Under the pieces are notes generated by a model. That model made no database searches, was not told the DNA's origin, and was given only the letters and a program-made list of their open reading frames with translations. A program made the translations under genes and the position numbers. Below are positions 9,790 through 20,181 of a stretch of DNA of 64,000 nt, piece by piece (within the stretch, counting starts at the first letter, position 1; every line of letters begins with the position of its first letter). Origin of the DNA: an uncultured Acidobacteriota bacterium (GTDB taxonomy: Bacteria; Acidobacteriota; Thermoanaerobaculia; Multivoradales; UBA5704); assembly GCA_963700145.1 (NCBI GenBank), contig OY969474.1, positions 2,080,001 to 2,144,000 of the forward strand. The letters run 5' to 3'.

Positions 9790-10343
9790 GCGCGCGCTTC
9801 CCCTACGTCCTCGTCACCGGCAACCCCGGCAAGCTCGCCGAGACCCGCCGCCTCGCCGGCGCCGACCTCGAAGCCGTCGCCCTCGATCTCCCCGAGATCC
9901 AGTCGCTCGACCTCCTGGAGGTCCTGCACGCCAAGGCCGACGAGGCCTGGCGCCGGCTCGGCCGGCCGCTGGTCGTCGAGGAGGCGGGCCTCGAGCTCGC
10001 CGCCTTCAACGGCTTCCCGGGGCCGCTGGTCAAGTGGATGCTGGACGCGGTAGGCGCGGAGGGGATCGCCGGCGCCGCGGCGGCGCTGGGCGACGTGCGG
10101 GCCACCGCCCGCTGCGCCCTCCTCACCCGCTCGGCCGCGGGCAACCTGGTGGCGGAAGGCGCGGCCGAGGGGACTCTCGTCCTCCCCGGCCGCGGTACTC
10201 AGGGGTTCGGTTTCGACCCGGTCTTCCTGCCGGCCGGCGAGGCCCGCACGTTCGGCGAGCTCGCCGGCCCGGAAAAGGATGCCGCCAGCCACCGCGGCCG
10301 CGCCTGGCGGGCGCTGCTCGCGCGGCTGGCGGCGGAACGCTAG
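9786..10343 (+). CDS. rdgB: Non-canonical purine NTP pyrophosphatase (HAM1/RdgB), probable CTG start
   Basis: VTGNPGKLAE, LPEIQ, GFPGPLVKW, GFGFDPVF, SHRGRA; the ORF track shows only the C-terminal half. Confidence 0.88.
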   Translation: MSARFPYVLVTGNPGKLAETRRLAGADLEAVALDLPEIQSLDLLEVLHAKADEAWRRLGRPLVVEEAGLELAAFNGFPGPLVKWMLDAVGAEGIAGAAAALGDVRATARCALLTRSAAGNLVAEGAAEGTLVLPGRGTQGFGFDPVFLPAGEARTFGELAGPEKDAASHRGRAWRALLARLAAER

Positions 10344-12010
10344 CTGCAGCCCGCCATCTTGAACGAGCCGATGCGGGTCTTGAAGTCGAAGTCCTTCCGC
10401 GTGTCGTCGTTGCGCTGGTACTCCTGGGTGTACCAGAAGGTGCAGCCGTCCACCGGATCGACGCTCATCGCCGAGTAGTCGCCCCAGCGGTTGAAGGAGC
10501 TCTTCTGCACGTCCGACCCGGCGACCAGCGTCACCTCGCCGCCGGGCAGCGTCCCCAGCGGGTCCCCCGGCGTCCGCGTGGTGTAGCGGACCGAGGGGAA
10601 GACGTTCTTGCCGCTCACGCTGTAGCCCAGGGCGATGTTGCCGTTCTCGTCCATCGCCGCCGAGCCCGTCCAGCGGTGCAGGCCGTCGGCCGGGGCGAAG
10701 GTGCCGTCCTGGTGGCGCACCCAGCCGCCGCCGCTGTTGCGCAGCTCGGCCCAGCGGATCCCCGCCACGTTCGTCCCGGTGGCGTCCACCGTGGTGTTGA
10801 TCAGCAGCGTGTCGTGGGTCCCGAAGCTCCGGTACTGCGCGCGGTACATCTGCAGCTCGTCGATCGGGTCCAGCCTCTCGCCGCCCTTGGGCTGCGGGAT
10901 GCAGCCGCGCTGGAAGAAGCCGCACATCGTGTTGTCGAAGTCGGCGCCGGCCGGGACGATCGGCAGCTCGACGAAGGTCGAGTTGCCGGGCGTCGTGAAG
11001 TCGGGGTCGAACTGCCAGAGGCGGTAGCCGTCGACGCCGGTCAGCGGGCCGTCGAAGTCGTCGTCCCAGGCCTTGCTGAAGATGCCGGGCGTGCCGGCGG
11101 CGGGCGCCGGCCCCTCGAGGTGCGGCGGCTGGATGCCGTCCGGGCAGTCGTTGCTGAGGCACGGCAGGCTGAACTTGACGAAGGTCGCCGCCGGGTTGCC
11201 GGCCAGCATCGCCGCGCGGTCGAAGGCGACGGCGCTGGCGAAGGTGCCGTCGCCGGAGGGGAAGTCGCGCAGCGACAGGTAGTAGGCGTCGGGCATCAGG
11301 CCGAACTTCGGATAGTCGTTGTTCTCGCCCGGAGAGACCGCGAAGGCCCAGCGGTTGTAGGTGCCCAAGGGGTTGCCGGTCGTCGAGACGGCGACGCACT
11401 GGATCCCTTCGTTGATCGAGAACTGGCTCATCAGCCAGCGGTCGGCCAGGTGGTCGTAGAGCGTGATCGGGTCGCCGTCGTTGTTGTTCTGGCAGGGCCC
11501 GCCGAAGCCGGCCCAGAGGACGTTGCCCGCGAAGGGGCCGCCACCGGGAACGATCGTGCCAGTCGTCTTGCTGTAGACGGCGAAGATGAGGTTGATCCAC
11601 TGCACGTAGTGCGTCGCGCCCACGTCGCCTTGGGTGTCGGGCGGCACGATGCGGCCGCCGATGACCGTGGCGTTGTCGTCGTCGCTCAGGCCTTCGAAGT
11701 TGAGGATAGGCAGGGGCGTCGCCTGCGCCGACGGTCCCTGGGCCACGGTCTGGCGCAGGGGGTCTTCCTTGCCCTCGACGTCCGGCTTGCCGGCGCGCGG
11801 CGGGCGCAGGACGTTGACCTCGCGGTCGGGCTTGGCCTGCTTCGGAACGGACGCCGCTAGCTCGCTCAAGCGGGCCGAGACGTCGTGGTGCAGCGCCTGG
11901 CCGACGGTCGGCCGGTTGGCGGGCGGAGCGGCGAGAAGCACCTGCGGGGCGAGCAGCAGCAGAGCGGCCGCCGCCAGCAGGACGCTGCGAACCGAGAACC
12001 TCGGATCCAT
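10340..12010 (-). CDS. Secreted protein of unknown function (PPD..GDVG / RWGDYS family)
   Basis: Signal peptide, PPDTQGDVGATHYVQWIN, RWGDYSAMSVDPVDGCTFWYT. Confidence 0.8.
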   Translation of the reverse strand: MDPRFSVRSVLLAAAALLLLAPQVLLAAPPANRPTVGQALHHDVSARLSELAASVPKQAKPDREVNVLRPPRAGKPDVEGKEDPLRQTVAQGPSAQATPLPILNFEGLSDDDNATVIGGRIVPPDTQGDVGATHYVQWINLIFAVYSKTTGTIVPGGGPFAGNVLWAGFGGPCQNNNDGDPITLYDHLADRWLMSQFSINEGIQCVAVSTTGNPLGTYNRWAFAVSPGENNDYPKFGLMPDAYYLSLRDFPSGDGTFASAVAFDRAAMLAGNPAATFVKFSLPCLSNDCPDGIQPPHLEGPAPAAGTPGIFSKAWDDDFDGPLTGVDGYRLWQFDPDFTTPGNSTFVELPIVPAGADFDNTMCGFFQRGCIPQPKGGERLDPIDELQMYRAQYRSFGTHDTLLINTTVDATGTNVAGIRWAELRNSGGGWVRHQDGTFAPADGLHRWTGSAAMDENGNIALGYSVSGKNVFPSVRYTTRTPGDPLGTLPGGEVTLVAGSDVQKSSFNRWGDYSAMSVDPVDGCTFWYTQEYQRNDDTRKDFDFKTRIGSFKMAGCS

Positions 12011-12109
12011 GATTTCTCCTCCGGTAGGGGGCTGGGATGGAGCGCGGAGAGTACCACGGAAAACGCGCATCTCTTGTGGCACACTCCCGCCGTGCCCACC
12101 GTGCCCGCC

Positions 12110-13219
12110 GTGCAAAGATTCCCGACGCTCCTCCTCTTCGCCGCCCTCCCTTTCGCCGGCTGCGCCGCCGGCCCGCCCGCCGCCCGCACCCCCGCGGAGG
12201 GCGCGCCGGCGCCGGCCGCCTCCACCGGCTCCACCGAGCCCGCCGCCGCCGCGGCCCCGGACGACGCGGCGGCGGGCCTGCGGCAGGCGCTGGCGCGGGC
12301 CGAGACCGACCCGGCCGTGCGGGAGTCGCTGCGCCTCGCCGTCGAGTGTCGGGTCGATTCAGAGTTCCAGTCGCTGCAGGTCTTCGGCCCCGACCTCGGG
12401 ATCTGGAACGACGAGCGCCAATTCAACCTCGACCCCGAGCGGGTGCGCGCCCTCCTCGCCGCCCTACGCGCCGCGGACTTCCCCGGCCTCGCCGACAGCT
12501 ACGGCGGCGCGCCGAGCCCGCCCAAGCCGGAGCCCGAGCCCGGCGGCGCGGACGACGGCGGCGAAGCGATGGCAACCGTCCTCACCTGCCGCATCGACCT
12601 CGGTCTCGACGGCCACGAGAAGCAGGTCGTCCAGCTCGCCCGCGGCGAGCAGTCGCCGGTCTTGAAGCAGCTCGCCCACGACCTCCTGGCGGTCGGCGAG
12701 GAGGCGGCGCGCGCCGGCGGCGTCGGCGCCGCCGGCCTGCGCGAGGGGCTGGAGAAGATCGCGCGCGGCGAGCTGGCGCCCGAGACCTGGCGCCTCGTGC
12801 TGCACAGCAAGCCGGAAGAGATGGATGGGCGCGGCGAGACCGCGGGCTTCCTGCTGACGGTCGCCGGCCCGCGGGCGAGCACCCGCGAGTACAACCCGGC
12901 GACGGGCTATGCGGAGCCGGTCGTCCTGGAGCTGGCGCCGGACGAAGTCGCGGCCCTCGCCCGCGAGCTGGCGGCGCGGGACCCCGGCCCCTGGCCGGTC
13001 AACCTCTGGGCGCCGGACTACGTCGATCTCGCCGTCGAGGTCCTGAACCACGAGCGCGCCGTCCAGGCCCGCCGCTTCGCGGGCATGGCGCCGGACGCCC
13101 ACGGCCAGCGCCAGCGGGACTTCGAGGCGGTGCGCGAGGCGCTCGAGCGCCTCCACGAGGAGGTGCTGCGCCGGGGCGTCATTCCGCCCGCGCCGCCTCC
13201 CGCGCCACCTGGTCGGTGA
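12110..13219 (+). CDS. Hypothetical lipoprotein with apparent internal two-domain duplication
   Basis: Lipobox LPFAG-C, Pro/Ala-rich linker, host-like codon use. Confidence 0.7.
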   Translation: MQRFPTLLLFAALPFAGCAAGPPAARTPAEGAPAPAASTGSTEPAAAAAPDDAAAGLRQALARAETDPAVRESLRLAVECRVDSEFQSLQVFGPDLGIWNDERQFNLDPERVRALLAALRAADFPGLADSYGGAPSPPKPEPEPGGADDGGEAMATVLTCRIDLGLDGHEKQVVQLARGEQSPVLKQLAHDLLAVGEEAARAGGVGAAGLREGLEKIARGELAPETWRLVLHSKPEEMDGRGETAGFLLTVAGPRASTREYNPATGYAEPVVLELAPDEVAALARELAARDPGPWPVNLWAPDYVDLAVEVLNHERAVQARRFAGMAPDAHGQRQRDFEAVREALERLHEEVLRRGVIPPAPPPAPPGR

Positions 13220-14207
13220 CGATCAGCGTCCCGCTCTCCCCTTCGAGCGCCGCCGAGAGGTGCTCGATGTCGGTGATCAGCACCCGGCGCCCGGTGGCGG
13301 CGACGAAGTCGATCGCGGCCTCGATCTTGGGGCCCATGCTGCCGGGCGGGAACTGGCCGCGGGCGAGCAGGCGCTTGGCCTCGGAGAGCCCGAGCACCGG
13401 CAGCTCCTCCTGGTTCTTCTTGCCGTAGTTCTTCATCACCCGCGGCACGCCGGTCAGAATGATGAAGAGGTCGGCCTTGAGCTCGCGCGACAGCAGCGCC
13501 GAGGTGCGGTCCTTGTCGATCACCGCCTCGACCCCGGCGACCGATCCGTCCGGCCGCCGCACCACCGGCACCCCGCCGCCGCCGCCGGCGATGACCAAGT
13601 TGCCGCGCCCGAGGAGGTCGCGCACCGGGCCGACCCCCAGGATCTCCTGCGGCAGCGGGCTCGCCACCACCTTCCGCCAACCGCGCCCGGAGTCCTCCAG
13701 CATCCGCCAGCCGAGCTCGCGCTCCAGCACCTCGGCGCGGTAGCGCGAGAAGAACGGCCCCACCGGCTTGCTCGGCTCGCGGAAGCCGGGGTCGTCGGCG
13801 TCCACCACGACGAGCGTCAGCAGCGCCGCCACCTCCAGGTGCATGCTCTCGGCCTCGAGGCGGTTGCGCAGCGCCAGCTCGAGCAGGTACCCCATGCTCC
13901 CCTCGGTCTGCGCCACCGCGAAGTCGAGCGTCCCCGGCGGCACCTTGGTGGCCGCCTCCTCCATCTGGATCAGCACCTGCCCGACCTGCGGGCCGTTGCC
14001 GTGGACGACCACGAGGTCGAAGCCGCGGCGCACGAACTCGACCAGCCACCCGGCGCAGTCCTCGGCGCGCCGGAGCTGCTGCTCGACCGTGCCGTGGTCC
14101 TCCGGCCGCAGCAGGGCGTTGCCGCCGAAGGCGACGACGGCGAGCGGCCGCGCGATCTCCAGCCGCAGGTCGGCGACGATCGGCTGGCGCTTGAGCGCCC
14201 GTTTCAC
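13179..14207 (-). CDS. arcC: Carbamate kinase
   Basis: FGGNALL, HGNGPQVG, GVEAVIDKD, GSMGPKI. Confidence 0.96.
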   Translation of the reverse strand: MKRALKRQPIVADLRLEIARPLAVVAFGGNALLRPEDHGTVEQQLRRAEDCAGWLVEFVRRGFDLVVVHGNGPQVGQVLIQMEEAATKVPPGTLDFAVAQTEGSMGYLLELALRNRLEAESMHLEVAALLTLVVVDADDPGFREPSKPVGPFFSRYRAEVLERELGWRMLEDSGRGWRKVVASPLPQEILGVGPVRDLLGRGNLVIAGGGGGVPVVRRPDGSVAGVEAVIDKDRTSALLSRELKADLFIILTGVPRVMKNYGKKNQEELPVLGLSEAKRLLARGQFPPGSMGPKIEAAIDFVAATGRRVLITDIEHLSAALEGESGTLIVTDQVAREAARAE

Positions 14208-15484
14208 ACCGGGTCCCGCTCGACCGGCATCGTCATGCAGCGGGCGCCGCCGCGGGCGCGCGACAGCTCGTTGGAGAGCAGCGTCACGACCGCCGGCCCC
14301 CCCGAGAGGAGCGAGGCGTCGCCGTCGAGCACCTCCTGCTCGGTGAAGACCCGCCAGCCGCGGCGCGCCAGCTCCTCCACCGTCTTGCGGTTGCGGCGGT
14401 AGAGGAGGATGACGCCGGGGGCGACGGCGAAGGCGTTGGCGCCGTCGGTCCACTGCTCGCGCTGCTGATCGACGACCTCGACCGAGCCGCCGCAGGGGAC
14501 GACCTCCAGCTCCACGCCCAGCCCCGCGAGCGTGCCGAGGAGCGACTGGCGGAGGGCGAAGGTCAGCTCCTGGGCGTAGAGGTCCACGTAGTAGACGTGC
14601 GCCGACTCCGCGCCGCCGGGCTCGATGACCGGCAGGTAGGCGAGCGAGGTGTTGCGGTCGATCAGGGTGAAGACGGTGTCGAGGTGCATGTACGAGCGCT
14701 TGGCCGGCAGCTCCACCAGGATGAGATGCCGGAACGGCGTCTCCTCCAGGCGCAGGTACTCGGCGAGGACTTCCACGCCGCGCCGGTTGGTGCGCTCGGA
14801 GAGGCCGATCAGCACGATCTCGCGGTTGACCACGACCACGTCCCCGCCTTCGAGCGTCGGGTAGGGGAAGTGCGGGTTGTGGCGCGGCGCCCCGGAGGGC
14901 GGCACCTCGATCTCGAAGAGGGCGGCGTAGTCCTGGAGCTCGGGGTGGTAGTCGAAAAGCATGCGCGCCAGGAGCGGCTCGCGGCTCCGCGCCTCGGTCG
15001 CCATCGAGGAGATGACGACGCGGTTGCCCATCACCACCTGCGGGTCGCGCTGGAAGAAGTAGTTGGGCTGCGGCTGGAGGTCGAAGAACGGCGGGCGCGG
15101 GCCGGGCGGCGCCTCCTCCGGCTCCGGCAGGACCCCTTCGATGAGCGCCGCCGCCAGCTCCGCGGGCTCCAGCGCCTCGAGCCGCGCCACGGTGTCGCGG
15201 GCCACGCCGTACTCATCCTGCAGCTCGTCGAAGAGGCGCCGGCGCGGCTTCTCCAGGTCCACGACGTCGGCGAGGAGGCGCTGCGCCTCCAGCACCTCGG
15301 CCCCGGCCTTCTCCAGCACCCGGCGGAAGAGGTCGTGCTCCAGGCGGGTCTCGTCGCCGTCGAGGATGTCGTCGAAGAGGAGCTGCTCCATGCGCGAGGG
15401 GACCATGCGGTCGATCTCGCGCCCGGGCCGGTGCACGAGCACGCGGCGCAGTCGTCCGATCTCGGAGTCCACTCGGATGGCCAT
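14204..15484 (-). CDS. arcA: Arginine deiminase
   Basis: SEIGRLRRVLVHRPG, LEGGD, MHLDTV, GGARCMTMP. Confidence 0.96.
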   Translation of the reverse strand: MAIRVDSEIGRLRRVLVHRPGREIDRMVPSRMEQLLFDDILDGDETRLEHDLFRRVLEKAGAEVLEAQRLLADVVDLEKPRRRLFDELQDEYGVARDTVARLEALEPAELAAALIEGVLPEPEEAPPGPRPPFFDLQPQPNYFFQRDPQVVMGNRVVISSMATEARSREPLLARMLFDYHPELQDYAALFEIEVPPSGAPRHNPHFPYPTLEGGDVVVVNREIVLIGLSERTNRRGVEVLAEYLRLEETPFRHLILVELPAKRSYMHLDTVFTLIDRNTSLAYLPVIEPGGAESAHVYYVDLYAQELTFALRQSLLGTLAGLGVELEVVPCGGSVEVVDQQREQWTDGANAFAVAPGVILLYRRNRKTVEELARRGWRVFTEQEVLDGDASLLSGGPAVVTLLSNELSRARGGARCMTMPVERDPV

Positions 15485-15564
15485 GGCGGGATGACGAGGG
15501 GCCCCGCGGCGGGCCCCGGCGCCCCCGGCGGGAGGGGCGAGGCCGGCATTGTAGCATCGCGCCC

Positions 15565-17001
15565 ATGCCCGCCGAGCCGCCGCAGAACCCGCTCCACGAG
15601 CGCTACGCCTCGCCGGAGATGGCGCGGATCTTCTCGGCGTCGCACCGCTACGGCACCTGGCGCAAGCTCTGGATCGCCTTGGCCGAGTGCGAGGCCGAGC
15701 TGGGGCTGCCGATCCAGCCCGAGCAGCTCGCCGCCCTGCGGCAGGCGGCGCCGGGACTCGATCTGGAGCGGGTGGCCGAGCTGGAGCGGCGGACCCGCCA
15801 CGACGTCGTCGCCCACCTCCGGCACTTCGCCGAGCAGGCGGACGCGGTCGAGCCCGGGGCGGGGGGCGTCCTCCACCTCGGGGCGACCAGCGCCTACCTG
15901 ACCGACAACACCGACGTCCTGCTGATCCGCGAGGCCCTGGAGCTCCTGGCCGCGCGCCTGGCGGCGGCGATCCGCGAGCTGGCCGCCTTCGCCCGCCGCA
16001 CCCGCGCCCTCCCCAGCCTCGCCTACACCCACTTCCAACCGGCGCAGCTCACCACGGTCGGCAAGCGTGCCTGCCTCTGGCTCCAGGACCTGGCGACCGA
16101 CCACGCCGAGGTGCGCCACCGCCTCGGCACCCTCCGCTGCCGCGGCGTCAAGGGGACGACCGGCACCCAGGCCAGCTTCCTGACCCTCTTCGCCGGCGAC
16201 CACGGCAAGGTCCGGGAGCTGGACCGCCGGCTCGCCGCCCGCCTCGGCTTCCACGAGAGCTTCCCGGTCACCGGCCAGACCTACCCGCGCAAGCAGGACA
16301 GCCAGGTGCTCGCCGCCCTCGCCGGGATCGCCGAGAGCTGCCACAAGTACGGCACCGACCTCCGGCTCCTCCAGGGGGTCGGCGAGCTGGCCGAGCCCTT
16401 CGACGCCGAGCAGGTGGGCTCCTCGGCGATGGCCTACAAGCGCAACCCGGTGCGCGCCGAGCGGATGTGCGGGCTGGCCCGGCGCCTCATCACCGACAGC
16501 CTGAACGGCCCGCTCAACGCCGCCACCCAGTGGCTGGAGCGGAGCCTCGACGACTCCGCCAACCGCCGCCTGGTGCTGACCGACGCCTTCCTGACCGCGG
16601 ACGCCGTCCTGCTCCTGGCGGCGCACATCGCCGGCGGCCTCACGGTGCGCGAGGCGGCAGTCGCGGCCCGGGTCGCGCGCGAGCTGCCCTTCATGGCCAC
16701 CGAGACCTTCCTCATGGAGGCGGCGCTGCGCGGCGGCGACCGGCAGGCGCTCCACGAGCGGCTCCGCGGCTACAGCCTGGAGGCGCAGGAGACCGTCGAG
16801 CGGGGCGGCGAGAACCCGCTGGTCGCCCACGTCACCGCCGATCCGGATTTCCGGATCGCCCCCGAGGAGGCGCGGGCCTGGCTCGACCCCGCGGCCTTCA
16901 CCGGGCGGTCGGCCGAGCAGGTGGACGAGTTCCTGGCCGAGGTCGTCGAGCCGCTTCTGGCGGGGGCCAAAACCGCCGCGGTGGCGGCCCCCAGGATCTG
17001 A
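15565..17001 (+). CDS. purB: Adenylosuccinate lyase
   Basis: RYAS.EM, HLGATS, THFQPAQ, GSSAMAYKRNP. Confidence 0.96.
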   Translation: MPAEPPQNPLHERYASPEMARIFSASHRYGTWRKLWIALAECEAELGLPIQPEQLAALRQAAPGLDLERVAELERRTRHDVVAHLRHFAEQADAVEPGAGGVLHLGATSAYLTDNTDVLLIREALELLAARLAAAIRELAAFARRTRALPSLAYTHFQPAQLTTVGKRACLWLQDLATDHAEVRHRLGTLRCRGVKGTTGTQASFLTLFAGDHGKVRELDRRLAARLGFHESFPVTGQTYPRKQDSQVLAALAGIAESCHKYGTDLRLLQGVGELAEPFDAEQVGSSAMAYKRNPVRAERMCGLARRLITDSLNGPLNAATQWLERSLDDSANRRLVLTDAFLTADAVLLLAAHIAGGLTVREAAVAARVARELPFMATETFLMEAALRGGDRQALHERLRGYSLEAQETVERGGENPLVAHVTADPDFRIAPEEARAWLDPAAFTGRSAEQVDEFLAEVVEPLLAGAKTAAVAAPRI

Positions 17002-17164
17002 CGTATCCCGAAGATTCGACTGCACTTACCGCGGACCACGGGGGCCGTTCGGGCCGATCTGCTACAATAGCGATCCGGTAATACTTCGGTGCGGGGAGTC
17101 CCCCGCCAGGCAGCTCAGCTCCTCGACGCTCCGCGAGGCGCGCCGATCAGTTCAGCACGAAGGC

Positions 17165-17848
17165 ATGGACACTCCGCTCTCGACACACGCCTGGCCGCGC
17201 TCTGCACCGGCGCACCGCCTGTCCCCCCGGGGCCGGGCGCTCCTCCTGCCGCTGGCCGCTGTCCTCGCCCTCCTCGCCGCCTGCACCTCCACCCGCGTTC
17301 CCGTCCGCCCCGGCTACGGCCGCCCGATCGAGACCGGCATGGCCTCCTGGTACGGCAACCCCTTCCACGGCCGGCGCACCGCCAGCGGCGAGCGCTACGA
17401 CATGCACGAGCTGACCGCCGCCCACCGCACCCTCCCCTTCGGCACCCGGCTGGAGGTGCTCAACCCGCGCAACGGGCGGTCGGTCGTGGTGCGGGTCACC
17501 GACCGCGGCCCCTTCGCCAAGAACCGCATCCTCGACCTCTCCTACGCCGCGGCCAAGGAGCTGGGGCTGGTGGGGCCAGGGACCGGCTGGGTGGAGCTCT
17601 ACTCCGCCGACGGCCTGGAGCCCCCGGCGCCGCACTTCACCGTCCAGGTGGCGGCCTTCGCCGAGGAGTGGCACGCCGAGGAGATGCACCGCGGCCTGGC
17701 CGCCCAGTACCCCGAGGCGGAGGTCCGCACCGACGGCACCTGGCACCGGGTCCAGGTGGGCTCCTTCGACGAGCGCGGCAAGGCCGAGGCCCTGCGCCGC
17801 GAGCTGACGATCCTGGGCTTCACGCCGCTGATCGTGCAGCTCCCGTAA
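17165..17848 (+). CDS. rlpA: RlpA septal lytic transglycosylase lipoprotein (DPBB plus SPOR)
   Basis: Lipobox LAAC, ASWYG, TASGE.YDM, AAHRTLP, DRGPF, C-terminal SPOR. Confidence 0.92.
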   Translation: MDTPLSTHAWPRSAPAHRLSPRGRALLLPLAAVLALLAACTSTRVPVRPGYGRPIETGMASWYGNPFHGRRTASGERYDMHELTAAHRTLPFGTRLEVLNPRNGRSVVVRVTDRGPFAKNRILDLSYAAAKELGLVGPGTGWVELYSADGLEPPAPHFTVQVAAFAEEWHAEEMHRGLAAQYPEAEVRTDGTWHRVQVGSFDERGKAEALRRELTILGFTPLIVQLP

Positions 17849-17921
17849 CGCCCCGGCGGAATTCAGCGGGCGGCGCCCGCGGTTGTACCCCCTGCCTCCG
17901 ACATCAGCAGGACCCCCTCCG

Positions 17922-18473
17922 ATGACGCCCTTCAAGCGCCATAGAAAGCCCCCGGCGAGAGTCAACGCGGCCCCCGTGCCGACCGGCCGGCGCCTGCCGC
18001 GGGTGGCGCTGCTCGCCGGGGCCGCCTACCTGGTGCTGGTCGCCTGGCAGGGGACCGAAGCGCCGGCGCCGCTCCTGGCGCGCCAGGACGCCCCGGCCGC
18101 TGCCGCCGCCGTCCCCGCGCTTCCTTACCTGAAAGCTCCCCTGCCGGAAGAGCCGGAAAAGAGCGCCGAGGAGGGGCAGGCAACCGCCGAGCACGGCGTC
18201 GCCTCCTGGTACGGCCGCGACTTCCACGGCCGCTCGACCGCCAGCGGCGAGCCCTTCGACATGCACGGGCTGACCGCCGCCCACCGCACCCTCCCCTTCG
18301 GCACCCCGGTCGAGGTGCGCAACCCGGCCAACGGCCGGAGCGTCGTGGTGCGGATCAACGACCGCGGCCCGCACACCCGCCGGCGCCTCATCGACCTCTC
18401 CTACGCCGCCGCCCGCGACCTCGGCATCGCCGCCCGCGGCACCGCCCCCGTCGAGCTGCGCGTCCTGCGCTGA
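17922..18473 (+). CDS. Second RlpA-family DPBB protein (no SPOR)
   Basis: ASWYG, TASGEPFDM, AAHRTLPFGT, INDRGP; start uncertain. Confidence 0.88.
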   Translation: MTPFKRHRKPPARVNAAPVPTGRRLPRVALLAGAAYLVLVAWQGTEAPAPLLARQDAPAAAAAVPALPYLKAPLPEEPEKSAEEGQATAEHGVASWYGRDFHGRSTASGEPFDMHGLTAAHRTLPFGTPVEVRNPANGRSVVVRINDRGPHTRRRLIDLSYAAARDLGIAARGTAPVELRVLR

Positions 18474-18543
18474 GGAGAGGCGCCGAAAAGGCGCGCAGGA
18501 GGTGCTACGCTTCAGCGAATAGACGGGAAGCGATAGGAGCATC

Positions 18544-20157
18544 ATGCGGCGAAGCGCGGCGGCGGCGGCGGTCCTGGGGTTGGGAAGCTGGTTGTCGCTC
18601 GGGGCTTTGCCGGCCGTCGCCGTCGTGGCGCCGGGGTTCACCGACACCCTGGTCGCCAGCGTCGGCTTGCCGACCGCCCTCGCCTTCACCCCCGACGGCC
18701 GCCTCCTCATCACCACCCAGGGCGGCACCCTCCGCATCTACCAGGGGGGTGTGCTCCTCGCGACGCCGGCGCTCAGCTTCGCCTCCAACCAGATCTGCAC
18801 CGCCTCCGAGCAGGGCCTCCTCGGGGTGGCCGTGGACCCGGCCTTCGCGGCCAACAACTTCATCTACCTCTTCTACACGGCGGAGACACCGACCTGCGTC
18901 AACCGCGTCTCCCGCTACACCCTGCCGGCCGGCAACGTCATCGACCCGGCGACCCAGCTCGTCTTGATCGACAACATGCCCTCGCCGGCCGGCAACCACA
19001 ACGCCGGCGACCTGCAGTTCGGCAAGGACGGCAACCTCTACGTCTCGATCGGCGACGGCGGCTGCGACTACGCCGGCGACAGCGGCTGCGCCGGGGTCAA
19101 CGACGCGGCGCGCGACCAGCACGTGCTGACCGGCAAGGTCCTGCGCATCGCGCCGGACGGCTCGATCCCGGCCGACAACCCCTTCCAGGGGGCGGGGACG
19201 GCGCGCTGCAACGTCACCGGCTCGACCACCGCGGGGAACCGCTGCCGCGAGACCTTCGCCTGGGGCTTCCGCAACCCCTTCCGCATGGGCTTCGACCCCA
19301 ACGCCGCCGGCACCCGTTTCTTCATCAACGACGTCGGCCAGGGGGCCTGGGAGGAGATCGACCTCGGCCAGGCCGGCGCGGACTACGGCTGGAACTGCCG
19401 CGAGGGGGCGCACCAGAACCTCAGCGTCCCGCCCTGCTCGCCCACCCCGCCCAACATGGTGGACCCGGTCTTCGAGTACGTCCACGGCCAGCAGATCCCG
19501 GGCACCAGCAGCCCCACCAACTGCAACTGCATCAGCGGCGGCGCCTTCGTCCCCGCCGGCCTGTGGCCGGGGTTCGACGGCGCCTACCTGTTCGGCGACT
19601 GCGTCTGCGGCGGCATGTTCAAGCTCACCCAGTCGGGCAGCGCCTTCGCCGCCTCGGACTTCGCCTGCGGCTTGGGGACCCTGGTGCACATGCTCTTCGG
19701 TCCGCACGGCGCGACCCAGGCGCTCTACTACACGACCTACGCGAGCGGCGGCCAGGTGCGGCGCGTCACCCGCGACGACCCGTACGACTTCTTCAGCCTC
19801 AGCCCCTGCCGGCTGGCCGACACCCGCAACCCGAACGGCCCGAGCGGCGGCCCGGCCCTGCAGAACGGCGTCACCCGGAACTTCCCGGCGGCGGGCCTCT
19901 GCGGTGTGCCGGCGACGGCCAAGGCCGTGGCGGTCAACGCAACCGTGATCTCCCCCGCCGGCTCCGGCTTCCTGACCACCTACCCCACCGGGTGTCTCGT
20001 GCCCAAGACCAGCACCCTCAACTTCGGCACCGGCCAGACCCGCGCCAACAACGCCGTGCTCGCCCTCGGCACCAACGGCCAGGTCGCCGTCCTGCCGAGC
20101 GTCACCGGCAGCGGCTCGGCCCACCTGGCCCTCGACGTCGTCGGCTATTTCGAGTAG
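18544..20157 (+). CDS. Secreted PQQ-dependent glucose/sorbosone dehydrogenase family protein, copy 1
   Basis: PTALAFTPDGR, EQGLLGVA.DP, HNAGDLQFGKDG, GFRNPFR, DVGQ..WEE. Confidence 0.9.
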   Translation: MRRSAAAAAVLGLGSWLSLGALPAVAVVAPGFTDTLVASVGLPTALAFTPDGRLLITTQGGTLRIYQGGVLLATPALSFASNQICTASEQGLLGVAVDPAFAANNFIYLFYTAETPTCVNRVSRYTLPAGNVIDPATQLVLIDNMPSPAGNHNAGDLQFGKDGNLYVSIGDGGCDYAGDSGCAGVNDAARDQHVLTGKVLRIAPDGSIPADNPFQGAGTARCNVTGSTTAGNRCRETFAWGFRNPFRMGFDPNAAGTRFFINDVGQGAWEEIDLGQAGADYGWNCREGAHQNLSVPPCSPTPPNMVDPVFEYVHGQQIPGTSSPTNCNCISGGAFVPAGLWPGFDGAYLFGDCVCGGMFKLTQSGSAFAASDFACGLGTLVHMLFGPHGATQALYYTTYASGGQVRRVTRDDPYDFFSLSPCRLADTRNPNGPSGGPALQNGVTRNFPAAGLCGVPATAKAVAVNATVISPAGSGFLTTYPTGCLVPKTSTLNFGTGQTRANNAVLALGTNGQVAVLPSVTGSGSAHLALDVVGYFE

Positions 20158-20181
20158 ACAGCTCGAGCGATGGGAGCATCC

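Noticed and set aside
12091-12114. 9-bp tandem repeat CCGTGCCC(A/G)
   Set aside because: Under three copies of GC-rich sequence; too weak to interpret.
17064-17164. Riboswitch (for example c-di-AMP) in the rlpA leader
   Set aside because: Two short hairpins and a TACAAT box are present, but I see no recognisable riboswitch consensus; an Rfam scan would be needed.
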